Assembly: GCF_001194135.2 (NCBI RefSeq) | Contig: NC_068989.1 | Location: forward strand, 12,393,571 to 12,457,570 | Source: Octopus bimaculoides | Lineage: Eukaryota | Reading direction: 5' to 3' | DNA: 64,000 nt | Shown: positions 25,778-38,377 of the stretch, piece by piece | Layout of the letters: each line of letters begins with the position of its first letter | How positions within the stretch are numbered: the stretch's first letter is position 1 | Translations under genes and position numbers: made by a program | The notes under the pieces: model-generated | The model's database searches: none | What the model was told of the DNA's origin: nothing | The model's input: only the letters and a program-made list of their open reading frames with translations

Positions 25778-26395
25778 GAAGGCGGTGAGCTGGCAGAATT
25801 ATTAGCAATCCGGGCAAAATGCGTAGCGGCATTTCATCCGTCTCTACGTTGTGAGCTCAAATTCCGCCGAGATTGACTTTGCTTTCATCCTCTCGGGGTC
25901 GACAAAATAAGTAGCGGTTGAGTACTGGTGTCGATGTTATCGACTTCTCCCCTACCTCGAAATTGTTGGCCTGGTGCCAAAATCTGAAACAATATGTAAG
26001 GCCGTGAGCTGGCAGAATCGTTAGCACATCGTACAAAACGCTTACAGAGATTTCCTCTGTCCTTACGCTCTGAGTTCACATTCTGCCGAAGTTGACTTTG
26101 CCTTTTATCCCTCTGGGTTCGATAAAATATGAACCTGTCGAGCACAGGGGTTGATCTAATCGACAAACTCCTGTCCCGAAATTGCTGGTCTTGCGCCAAA
26201 ATTTGAAATCAACACAGGACAAAATATTTAGCTGCTTTTCGTCCGTCTTTAACGTTCTGCATTCAAATTCCACCGAGATGTTTGAATTTCATTCTCTTGG
26301 GGTCATTGAAATAAATTAGTAGATGATCACTTGGGTGGATGCCAACGACAATCCCCCTCCTCCCAAAATTTCACGCCCTGTGCTTTTAGTACGAA
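25778..26395 (+). mobile_element. Three head-to-tail family-C SINEs (25778-25990, 25998-26210, 26218-26395)
   Basis: Repeated GGC.GTGAGCTGGCAGAAT.GTTAGCA heads and GACTTTGC.TTT.ATCC.CT.GGG.TCGA.AAAATA cores. Confidence 0.85.
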
Positions 26396-26968
26396 TGATC
26401 ATTAATATTCTCTACTGTTAACACTAAAAGGAGGGCAGTAGTAGTACGATGCATTAGCGTCCATCTTGTTTATAATTATTACATCCAACAGTATGATCTA
26501 TACCCTGAACCCTAGCCAGTTATAACATTACTGTAATCGACCATGTTTTACTTGTAACACAGTCACTTACACTTCTCATCTCAGACTTACCAAAATATCA
26601 GAGGCAAAGTTTATTTCATTTCTCAATAGATGTCGCACTATTTCTTCGAAACATCGATACTCTTTGCTTTGATTTTTTCCCCTTCACCTAGCTTTAGCCT
26701 CATCACTGTTTTCTTCCGAGCCATCGAGCATGTTTAACAAAACCATTTTGCTCCAGGGATTTTTAATATTAGTACTAATATTTTTATAAGATCTGGTAGG
26801 AAGAATATTGGTGTTTTTATTAAATAATACTAATAATATGTATATATATATATATATATATTATTTTGCTAATTTTGTTGTTGTTAGCCACATGTAATCT
26901 CTTTACGATCTATAAATATAGTATGAAAATATGTATGAAATAATAAGCCATACTTTCGTGTACTTCTA

Positions 26969-27018
<50 letters not shown>

Positions 27019-27213
27019 ATGTATATGTATATACAAATATATAAAGACTCGTGTAAATACATTTAAACATACATACACACGCATACACGTATCTAGCTGC
27101 CGAAATAAATTTCATATAAATGTATATATGTAGGCATGTAGCTATGATCTCTCCACCTCTCTCTGTCGCGCTCTCTGCCGCTCTCTCTGTCACTCTCTCT
27201 GCCGCTCTCTCTG

Positions 27214-27251
<38 letters not shown>

Positions 27252-27267
27252 GCTCTCTCTCTCCCTC

Positions 27268-27715
27268 GCTGACTTTGCTGATGTGTGAAGTCGGAGAGAC
27301 AGGCCTGTAGGTTTTGACATCTCCTCTGCTTCCTCCTTTATGGATTGGGCATATTATACCTTCCTTCAGTTTGCATGGCAGCCTGCCATTTGCAGGAAAG
27401 CTGTGGAAGAGATCTGTAGTGGTTTTGCCAGGGCACACTTATGCAATTTGAGGAGGATTGCTGGAAAACCATCAGGACCAGCAGTTGAGTTTGCCTCCAC
27501 CTCATGTATGGCTAGTAGTATATCTTCTTCACTAATTTCGATATCCGGTGATGGGAAAATATATATATATTTTCCCATCACCGGTGATATGGCTACATCT
27601 GCAACCGTAGGGACCTTACCTTCCTTGTCCGCTCATTAAGATATTGGGCTTGTGACTAGTGACTCATATTGACTCTTATTCCTAGCAATGCCTGTACCAC
27701 TTTGTAGCCTCTGTC
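27268..27715 (-). mobile_element. CR1/L2/Jockey-group LINE ORF2 fragment (start of the RT domain)
   Basis: DIEISEEDILLAIHEVEANSTAGPDGFPAILLK...ALAKPL, then a frameshift, then G.LP.KLKEGIICPIHKGGSRGDVKTYRPVSPTSHISKV.E. These are the canonical GPDG, PIHK and YRP.S motifs. Confidence 0.9.
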
Positions 27716-27782
27716 ATATTGGTGACGTCTGTATACATACATACATACATACATACCTACCTACATACCTACATATATACAT

Positions 27783-27843
<61 letters not shown>

Positions 27844-28163
27844 NNNNNNNNNNNNNNNNNNNNNNNNNNNNNNNNNNNNNNNNNNNNNNNNNNNNNNNNN
27901 NNNNNNNNNNNNNNNNNNNNNNNNNNNNNNNNNNNNNNNTATCATTATTAATCATTGGGCAGCAAAATAAATTTTAGAAATTTAATTTACCACCAGTGGT
28001 CCAGGGAGAATAAAAAAATAGTCAATAGACTACATATATATTATTCATTTAAAATATAGAGATGCCTATAATAGGACATCTACCCTCTAGAAAGAGTAGC
28101 AAAAAACTCTATACCACAAAAATAGGGATAATTTCGAAAGAGAATGAAAAATAAAAACATGGT

Positions 28164-28198
<35 letters not shown>

Positions 28199-28824
28199 AA
28201 TCATTATTTATTAATCACAGCTATATCTAAACATCGATTGTCATTGAAAATTTCTAATTTTCGAGCATCCTCTCTGCAATACACTTTGTTTCTGTATCTT
28301 AAATTGAATCTCATTTTCTTTGATGTTTATTTTGTTCTGTAGTTTTGTTTCCCCCTTTCTTACGCCTGATATACAACGCTATTCCTATATATTTTTCTGC
28401 AAAATTCTTTTCGCCACCGTTCACCACACTATGTCAGATTTTATTTTGCATTTGCTTTTTCCTTAAACGTTTCTCAAGATGCATATGGCTCGTCTTCAAC
28501 AAGGCCCATGTATTTCAATTTCTTCCACAATCAATTTTATGACAAAATGAGATACGGTAAGTTGAGAGAGATAGATGAAATCGAATGCTTATTGGGTGTA
28601 TATATATTTTTCTCAACAAAAATAAGAGATAATATGTGCTGGAAAAATAACTATTTACATATAGTCACGCATGCCTTAAGGTTTCCAGTGATGTCAGCAT
28701 TCTTACATAAATCTGCATAATGACAAATTTGACAGATATATTAATATCTATGAATGACTATAACCGTGTATATATACGTATGTATGTATTTATATTTATA
28801 TATATATATATACACACACACACA

Positions 28825-28920
<96 letters not shown>

Positions 28921-29292
28921 CACATACACACATACACACACACATACACACATACACACACACACACAAATATATTCTGCCAAGTAGACCCGTTAGTTAC
29001 ATACTTGCAACAAAATAATCCATTGGATCGCGAAATTTGAAGAGGTAAAAGGAAAACATAGAGAATATGCAACTTATGCGGAGGAAAGAATCGAGGTAAT
29101 ACTACCTAAACCCCACGGTTTTCCTGGCTTCCAAATCTGGCCGATATCCATATAGGCTGTATACATTAATACATGATATAGATAAAGACAAATTCCCGCA
29201 CGCACTCTTACACGTACATACATGCAAACACATAGACACACACAAACAGATTCTGATACAGATAGACAAACACACACTCAAACATGTATACA

Positions 29293-29341
<49 letters not shown>

Positions 29342-29645
29342 TCAAATTACGGTGAACGTAAACAAAGCAACGAAGTTTGCTTTTAGAAGCGTTGAGATAT
29401 CTTAGAAAGTTAAAGAAGTGATTTTAAATTCTCAAACGCAGTATAATGCTAATAATATAGCCTGAACAGGATAAGCTACGCCTATTTTGCAGAAAAAAAA
29501 AGTGTTGGCGGCCAGCTATGAGATATATTTTGTCATATGCGAAAAAAAAATGCCTGAACAATATACGGCCTAGGTAATAGATATCGTTTTAATGAAAATG
29601 AGGTTATAATTCCAAGTGACAAGTGAATCAACTTGAGCAGTAAAG

Positions 29646-29689
29646 ACGGATAAATGTGTATAAAAATATAGTATTATGTGACCACCCCC

Positions 29690-29743
<54 letters not shown>

Positions 29744-29788
29744 ATACGTATATATATATATATATACATGTATATATATATATGTATG

Positions 29789-29867
<79 letters not shown>

Positions 29868-29911
29868 GGAGGTGGTCACATAATACTATATTTATATACG
29901 CATTTATCCGC
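29646..29911. repeat. About 44-bp inverted repeat pair (29646-29690 / 29868-29911) around a (TA)/(TG) microsatellite
   Basis: CGGATAAATGTGTATAAAAATATAGTATTATGTGACCACCCCCA versus the reverse complement of TGGAGGTGGTCACATAATACTATATTTATATACGCATTTATCCG: 3 mismatches. Confidence 0.9.
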
Positions 29912-30377
29912 AACGACCAATCTTAAAAACAATTGGATCTTACTTACAAGGTATTGGAATCTTATATGTATACCATTCTGCCTAAACATTGAATTTACAA
30001 ATACAATATCCCTACATTCACTCTTAACTAAACTAACTATTGCTTAATCATCCAATAGAATTCTGAGTCCGATTTCTGGATAAATATTAGGAGAAGTGCT
30101 GTGCTCATGACGGATATTGACGTAGAAACACTGGTTAATAGCTGTCACCTAGCTTCTGCATAATCAAACTAGTTTTTCCTTGATTGGATGTCAGCTTTGA
30201 TCCTTGATTTGCTACGAAACTGCGTGCCAACTAGTTTCTCATACATCAAAAATATACTTTCTGTATATTCATATTCAGATTTCTGTGTATTCATATGTAG
30301 ATTTTATATTTGCTTTTGTTCTTCAAAAAGACTACAATAGCTATTCTGCCATATTTCACTTAGCTCATTTTTGTTTC

Positions 30378-30432
<55 letters not shown>

Positions 30433-31264
30433 CTTACACATTTATATATGTATGTACATATAAACTGCGACAGAGAGCGGGTGAGAGAAAATGATAGATA
30501 GATAGAATGATAGATAGACACTAGGAATAAAATGGCAATAAAATTATTTGATAAAGCATTTAAATTCAATACGATCATAATAAACGAAAACATAAAAGGA
30601 CAGATGGACATAAATTACTGTAAATGTATCGACATAAAGTACTAATAAAATAAAATAAAATATGCTCTGGTAAAAAAAAAATGGAGAAAATAATACGTTA
30701 CAGTAGAATGAGTACATTAGACAAGATAATGATTAAATCTGAATTGATAGAGATGAAGGTTAAATTCCTTCAGGAAACCATATGGACGTTCTTTATTGTA
30801 AATCAACTATCTTGGTGACAGGAGACTTGGAACAGAATTTGCTGCTTGTCTGCGAAATATTCAACAAGTTCAGGTTTGTTAAATATGGGCAAATATCTTT
30901 TCTGGAGGAAAACTTTCTAAACCTCTGAACTCGAGGACATTACTGGTATGGGAAGAAGTTGTAAACAACAAGGGTGAATACATTATTGATTAATTAGTTG
31001 TTATTTCTTATTAAACCTTTCAAAAAATGTAATTTAAAAAAACGGTGGGAACTTATTTACTAACCCAATAGATTAAAAAAAAAACGAAAAAGTAAGTACA
31101 TAAAAGAAATAAATAAAATAAAATAAAATGAGCGTGAATAAACAGGCGATACTAATAATGCCGGTACCACACACACATTTACCAAACATAGACACACACA
31201 AGGATACAGGCACAAAATGGCAGATCGTTAGGAAAGAGAGAGACAAAATAGAATGAAGAAAGCA

Positions 31265-31310
31265 AAGAACGACTGATGAAGTCACAGAAGTGTGACGAAA
31301 GAACTCTGAC
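31265..31310 (+). ncRNA. Hammerhead-like motif with intact catalytic-core bases but weak stem I
   Basis: CTGATGA (31273-79), A, GTCACA-GAAG-TGTGAC (perfect 6-bp stem II), GAAA (31297-300), GAAC-TC. Confidence 0.5.
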
Positions 31311-31452
31311 CGAAATATAATTAATATGAAGTAAAGCTGAAGCAAGCAAACACCGAATATAATAATGTGCGTGTGTTTTCATTGGCTGAATTGGCGAAAT
31401 GACCGTCCCCAAATAGAACAATATCTGTTTCAAAGCACGAGTTCACATCAAG

Positions 31453-31746
31453 AATTTGAACTCAGAACGTAAAGACGGACGAAATACCAGTAAGCATTGC
31501 GTGTTAACGTTTTTGCCAGCTCGCCGTCTTTCTTGATATATATATCCGTTATAAGGCGGCGAGCTGGCAGAAACGATAGCACGCCGGGCGAAATACTTAG
31601 CGGTATTTCGACTGTCTTACGCAGAGGTCGACTGTGCCTTTTATCCTTTCAGGGTCGATAAATTAAGTACCAGTTGCGTACTGCAGTCGATCTAATCGAC
31701 AAGCCTCCTCCCTAAAAATTTCGGGCCTTGTGCCTAGAGGAGAAAA
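31453..31746. mobile_element. Head-to-head family-C SINEs: minus 5' fragment 31453-31530 and plus copy 31553-31746
   Basis: GCCAGCTCGCCGTCTT and AAGGCGGCGAGCTGGC heads about 22 nt apart. Confidence 0.85.
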
Positions 31747-31754
31747 GACACGTA

Positions 31755-31913
31755 TACATTATTTATATTATTTACATTTGATGAATATTTGTCCTCATCT
31801 TGTTTGTTAACACAATATTTCGACTGATATACCATCGAGCCTTCATCAGGTATCTTGGGGAAATTTCGAACCTGGGTTTTCATTCCTAAGGTATTTTCAA
31901 TGTTATTATTATC

Positions 31914-31948
<35 letters not shown>

Positions 31949-32034
31949 CATCATTGTCCAGGTCAATGCTTAGGATCAAACTCGGAATCTTGGGGTTAGT
32001 AGCCCGCGCTCTTAACCACTATGCCACATGTCCG
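31755..32034 (-). mobile_element. Family-E SINE: tRNA-like head, (AAT)n, hammerhead-like tail
   Basis: Minus strand: A-box TGGCATAGTGG (32026-32016), B-box GAGTTTGATCC (31983-31973), (AAT)n, then GATAC-CTGATGA-A-GGCT..AGTC-GAAA-TA-TT-GTGTT (31855-31810). Partial second copy at 22020-22213. Confidence 0.8.
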
Positions 32035-32035
32035 T

Positions 32036-32246
32036 TTCTACTCTAAGCACAAGGCTTGAAACTTTGGTGGGAGGTGGCCATTCGATTAGAACGACCCCAG
32101 TATGCTACTGTCACTTAATTTATCGACCTCGAAAGGATGAAAGGCAAAGTCGACATAGGCGGAATTTGAACTTAGAACGTAAAGACGGACGAAATACCGC
32201 GAAGCATTTCGCCCGGCGTGCTAACGTTTCTGCCAGCTCGCCGCTT
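32036..32246 (-). mobile_element. Family-C SINE, near full length
   Basis: GAAAGGATGAAAGGCAAAGTCGAC..GGCGGAATTTGAACTTAGAACGTAAAGACGGACGAAATACCGC..TGCCAGCTCGCCGC. Confidence 0.9.
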
Positions 32247-32577
32247 TTCTTGATACGTACACTGAGTAACGAAAGTGGGGAAAAAATATTCATGATGTCA
32301 ACAATGTTATTGGTAAGTAAAAATTTTAGGCCAGGTATCTGTATCTTGATCTAAGGGATAATAACGTAATTTTCTGTCATTTGATATACGACTATCGATT
32401 TTTACATCATGTGAACCAATGAGAAGCAACATGAAATTCCATCACGTTCTCAAAATCTAGAGATTGCTATGCTAGCATTTATCGATTTCAGAAATCCTTC
32501 GACATTACAATTTGTTAAGATTTCCAGACAATTCCATTTTCTTTCAAACAACTTCCTGTATCACTTTGTTGTAGCAT

Positions 32578-32578
32578 T

Positions 32579-32638
<60 letters not shown>

Positions 32639-32781
32639 CACTACTACCACTACTACTGCTGCTGCTGCTGATGATACTGCTACTACTACTACTACTACTA
32701 CTGCTACTACTACTACTACTGCCACTACTACTATTATAGCTACTACTGCTGATATTACTACTACAACTACTAATGATAATA

Positions 32782-32813
<32 letters not shown>

Positions 32814-32820
32814 GATGATG

Positions 32821-32856
<36 letters not shown>

Positions 32857-32961
32857 TTAATATTGGTGGAGCCACTGGCGTCGCGAGCATTACAACTGCT
32901 ACCACAATACCGTAAAAAAACTCCACCAACACATCAGGAACAATATAAGGAGGAACTGCAG

Positions 32962-33002
<41 letters not shown>

Positions 33003-33009
33003 GCTACTG

Positions 33010-33052
<43 letters not shown>
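32578..33052 (+). repeat. Compound trinucleotide microsatellites (ACT)n/(GCT)n/(GAT)n/(AAT)n
   Basis: Directly visible. Confidence 0.95.
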
Positions 33053-33563
33053 ATTAACGACCGCCGACACTGCTTACGATACATTAACAAAAATGTAGAG
33101 CAGAAATTTACGTTTAACTGTTTAACTTACAGCTACGCTATCAGATCCGTTACAATTTTTGCTGCTCCCTAAATAACACCACGTCACATACTTGTCAGTG
33201 CTGCTGCTTCTAAAGTTGCATCAGCTGCTCATTGAACCTGTTACGGTAACTGCATTCTTTTGCCAGCTTAATTTGAAAGGAAATGCTAAGTTGTGGATTC
33301 AAATCAGAACCGAACTTATTCAGTCTACAGGAATGAATTGGATCAGGAATCCACGCTATTTAGGTCGTTGCGACACAACGGGTCACGCTGACATTTTGTT
33401 CGCTAATGGAATAACAGTCTTTACAATCTTCTTGGTTTCATTTAATGCATTGATAGGAACTTGTGTTCTACATACATATATATAAATATATATACATACA
33501 TACATACATACACACACCCTCATATATGCAAACGTATATATATATATATACATACATACATAC

Positions 33564-33619
<56 letters not shown>

Positions 33620-34147
33620 NNNNNNNNNNNNNNNNNNNNNNNNNNNNNNNNNNNNNNNNNNNNNNNNNNNNNNNNNNNNNNNNNNNNNNNNNNNNNNNNN
33701 NNNNNNNNNNNNNNNNNNNNNNNNNNNNNNNNNNNNNNNNNNNNNNNNNNNNNNNNNNNNNNNNNNNNNNNNNNNNNNNNNNNNNNNNNNNNNNNNNNNN
33801 NNNNNNNNNNNNNNNNNNNNNNNNNNNNNNNNNNNNNNNNNNNNNNNNNNNNNNNNNNNNNNNNNNNNNNNNNNNNNNNNNNNNNNNNNNNNNNNNNNNN
33901 NNNNNNNNNNNNNNNNNNNNNNNNNNNNNNNNNNNNNNNNNNNNNNNNNNNNNNNNNNNNNNNNNNNNNNNNNNNNNNNNNNNNNNNNNNNNNNNNNNNN
34001 NNNNNNNNNNNNNNNNNNNNNNNNNNNNNNNNNNNNNNNNNNNNNNNNNNNNNNNNNNNNNNNNNNNNNNNNNNNNNNNNNNNNNNNNNNNNNNNNNNNN
34101 NNNNNNNNNNNNNNNNNNNNNNNNNNNNNNNNNNNNNNNNNNNNNNN

Positions 34148-34194
<47 letters not shown>

Positions 34195-34350
34195 GATAGA
34201 TAGATAGATAGATAGATAGATAAATACATGCGCAAATACATAAATACATAGATATACATGTACATACATATATAAATATTCATATATACATATACTTATA
34301 TATATATGCATATATTCATAGAAATCGTATGTGCCTGTGTCTCTCTATCT

Positions 34351-34598
34351 CTCTTTACTCTTTTACTTGTTTCAGTCATTTGACTGCGGCCATGCTGGAG
34401 CACCGCCTTTAGTCGAGCCAATCGATCCCAGGACCTATTCATTGTAAGCCTAGTACATATTCTATCGGTTGTTTTGTCGAACCGCTAAGTTACGGGGACC
34501 TAAACACACCAGTATCGGTTATCAAGCGATGTTGGGGGGACAAACACAGACACACAAACACACATACACATATATATACATATATATACGACGGGCTT
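34351..34598 (-). mobile_element. Family-D SINE 3' half
   Basis: CTCTTTTACTTGTTTCAGTCATTTGACTGCGGCCATGCTGGAGCACCGCC...GGGGGACAAACACAGACAC..TATACGACGGGCTT. Confidence 0.9.
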
Positions 34599-34869
34599 AT
34601 AGGCTTCTGAGCAGGTGTCACCAAGCTTTTGGTAAAATTTGATGCAGATTCTCTGCTCAACTTTTTGTCTCTCATAATCAATGTGACGATCACACGCCAC
34701 ACACCTTCTTTCCAAGCACTGCTTTAAACAACGGAAGTGAGCTAGAAGGGTAAAACTTATCGCGCATGCACAACAGAGTTGAACGTCAATCTGTGCCAAT
34801 CAGCTTTACTTTGCGTACTTTAACTGCGTTACTATGACAACAATTCGGATACTTATTGATCAGACCACG
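34599..34869 (-). mobile_element. Mariner-type element 5' end (left TIR and transposase N-terminus)
   Basis: Minus strand TA|CGTGGTCTGATCAATAAGTATCCG (mariner-like TIR), then KVEQRICIKFYQKLGDTCSEAYK, resembling the mariner N-terminal HTH start (EQR..IKF..KLG). Confidence 0.75.
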
Positions 34870-36725
34870 TACACAGATATCTTTGAAATTCATTTTACCA
34901 CTGGTTGGATTCAAATTCAGAGTCATTTCATAGCAATTTGAATAAAGTCTAGATAGCAAGTATTCGTGAGAGGTATTTAGTGCAAAATGCGATATATGAT
35001 GTCTGTGTTGAAGTTTGTCACACCAATCTCTCCTGTTCTTGGGTGGCCCGTTTAGTCCGTCTTTTGGGCTGGCATTGTCACATGATCCACTAATGCTATT
35101 ACCAAAATGCAGTCTCCCTTAAGGATAACTTTTTCCATCCTCCTATCTGGAAGGATGTGAAAATTGTCCATAGGTCTAACGAACGAAAGAAAGGAATTGA
35201 AACGATTGTATTGTCTGAAAATTGAAAATGAAATTCAAAGCAAAAGAAAACTACTCGTATAATAAAGCACGTATTTGTTTAGGGGACAAATATTTGCTTA
35301 GATCAAAATATTTTGAATTGTGACGAGATTCTTGAGGACACGGAAGATCGTAGACAGCGTTCAGCGATTTGCTGTGATCATTATTGAAAACAATTGGAAA
35401 TTCGGTTCAAAACTAAACGTTGATCATCCCCAATTTCACAGGATAATCGTGGCAGCTTATTTAGAGGTTAAAAGAAAAATTTTCAATTAATGTAGTGCAG
35501 CATTGACTGTCCCCATGCGTTAAAAGAAAATCACGAAATCTGCTTTGCATTTCTGTCCAATAAAATTGATGACTTTGTTGATAATATTGTCACAGTTGAA
35601 ACAGGTGTCAGAGGTGTCTACATATTACTTCTTTGCGGTAACCGACCGCGTCCCGCAATATTGCCGCGGCAACACATTTTTTCTAAACGGAACATATCTG
35701 AAGTTAGTTCTTCGGTTATTTCTTCTTTCTTGATCAGCAATATCTTAAATACTGACGACGCCATTACAACGGGATATTATTTCCGGTTATGCAATAAAAT
35801 TCATCAAGTATTGCAGCGTTTAGCTCCTATATTATTCAATAGGAAGGAACAAATTTTTCTCCGTTATTCATATTGCGAAATGTCTCGCAAAACTTCACGG
35901 AGGAAATGTTTGGAATGATATACAAAGATATATCAGATATTTGTCTTCTATGACTGGCTTCTATTTTAGTAGCTAAACACTTTCGAAAAGTCCATCAACT
36001 TCGGGAGTCTAGAATTCTCTCCTACCAGAATAAATAATCTTGTTCCTTTCCGACATAACTTATAGATTCTAATAGATAACATTTCCATAAGAATAATAAA
36101 ATAGTTTCTGAGTTGATGTACATTGTTTTATAAAACCCGTTACTGTTTTTGCACCGACATGATACTATCTGGTTCTAAGGTAGTCGCTTATATCTTCTGG
36201 AGTTTCTGTGCTATAGTTCCTACATGAATCTGAAGAAACAAAATGATGTATCGAACTGATTGGATGTACTGAATTATTTAGTGCTTCTCAGAAATGACAC
36301 ACGTAGTAATCTATTTTTAATCCTCTAACATATATGCAGCTTCTATTGATTTATTGGAGAAATGTGATGAGACTATAACAAACGCTTGAGATTTTTATCC
36401 TGTCACCACTTCTATATCTAGCAACGAAGCTGCTATCTCTCAATGACCTGTTCCACTTAGTTGTATTCGGGTTACACAACGTTAAATGAATTCCTACTTT
36501 AAATATTTGCTCCAATCTGCATTTGAAGAGAATTATTGTGGCTAACATTGAATCTACACACTGACATGACAGGAGGATCATCTTCAATATATCCAAATTT
36601 ATAACGAATGTAATCATAAGCTTTTATTTATTAAAGGATCTTTCTGTTCACTGTTTATTATACAGTTATCCAAGCGCATATTCCGGTTTTGATTATCGAT
36701 TTAAGACTTCTTATTATATCCCTGT

Positions 36726-37116
36726 GGAGGTGCAATGGCCTAGTGGTTATGGCAGCAGACTAGCGGTCGTAGGGCCGCAGTTTCGATTCCCAGACCGGGC
36801 GTTGTGAGTGTATATTGAGCGAAAACACCTAAAGCTCCACGAGGCTCCGGCAGGGGATGGTGGCGAACCCTGCTGTACTCTTTCACCACGACTTTCTCTC
36901 ACTCTTACTTCCTGTTTCTGTTGTGCCTGTAATTCAAAGGGGCCAGCCTTGTCACACTGTGTCACGCTGAATATCCCCCGAGAACTACGTTAAGAGTACA
37001 CGTGTCTATGGAGTGCTCAGCCACTTGCACGTTAATTTCACGAGCAGGCTGTTCCGTTGAACGGATCAACTGGAACCCTCGACGTCGCAAGCGACGGAGT
37101 GCCAACTAACTAACTA
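36726..37116 (+). mobile_element. Full-length tRNA-derived SINE, head B with tail Y and (CTAA)n end
   Basis: GGAGGTGCAATGGCCTAGTGGTTA (A-box), GTTTCGATTCCC (B-box). Body and tail are shared with 23537-23920. Confidence 0.92.
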
Positions 37117-37439
37117 ATTATATCTCTAACACCCTTAATGCGTTTTGTTTTAGGCAAAACTAGGGTATCATATTTTATTTGCTCTGCTCCCCTAAAATGT
37201 ACTAATATTTAAGAGCCTTTGTGCTTAGTCATTATCGATTTCGAAATAATTTTATGCTTCATTCCATTATTTAAAATTAATGATCTGATGTTGTTTTGTG
37301 GTTGTTTCATTATTGTCGTGTAGGGGTATGTGAATTTTGTGAAAAAAGGAGAAAACGGAAAAAGCAAATAGAACAATTTTCAATGAAAGAATCTTTGTTT
37401 AATTCGGAAATCTCAAAGAAGAAACGAAACAATCATAAT

Positions 37440-37525
37440 AAATCGGATGATGATAACGATAATGGTGATGACGAAGATGACGTTGATGATGATGATGATG
37501 ATGATGATAATCATCATCATCATAA
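37440..37525 (+). repeat. (GAT)n/(CAT)n microsatellite
   Basis: Directly visible. Confidence 0.9.
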
Positions 37526-38377
37526 TCTCGAAACCATTAATCCAACAATAACTAATGCAATAAAAAAAAATATCGAGGTTCTTGGAAATCATTCCCCCAA
37601 CCAAAACACAAAATACCATTCTTGGTTTCTCAGATCAATTGAATTACTTTACATTGACGTGATATCGGCTTTCTATCGCATCTATTTTTTTGTATTCATC
37701 TAAATATTTCTTTTATTCTTTTATTCATTTTCCGCACATTCAAATATTTCAAGACACATTTTTCGCTATTTTTGCATTTTTTTTTATTGTCGTTTATCAT
37801 ATATTTTAGATAATAATTAAACCTAAATTAACAGTCACAAAAGTTGTTGCGGCTACGATTAATAAATTCTAATAAATATATAATTAGTTCGAGGAGTCTT
37901 CTACTAAATCGGAAATAAAAATATATTTCTGCTTTCAGAAGTACAGAACCAAATTACAATATTAGTATTGGAATGCCAAAGAACACAATGTTAAAGTTAG
38001 AGCTTAATATTTCATTATTTTAGAAACGTGACAGTCGCTTCGAAGTTTCGCCAAATCTAGCTGTTCAAACATTTCTAGAATTGATAATCATATATAAACG
38101 GTAGAGAAGAATCACAGACAGTATTAATAGCTGTAATGTTTGGAGAAACATTACCAGTAAATAATAGTATATCAAACATTTATAGAAAATGACTGAAGTA
38201 AATCTATGATGAAACAGAAGAGAAATAATGAAATAATAGTAATTATGGATGAAGACTCTGTTATTAAATTTGAAAAGCTACTATGCGTTATTAAATAATA
38301 TTGTTAATGAGAACTGTAAAAATATCTCATTAATAGGGTTACATACAAGTTATGTTAGAGTTATGTATATGATATAT

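Noticed and set aside
32469-33070. Poly-T/D/N and poly-V ORFs that resemble mucin-like proteins
   Set aside because: Pure trinucleotide microsatellites that are open on both strands.
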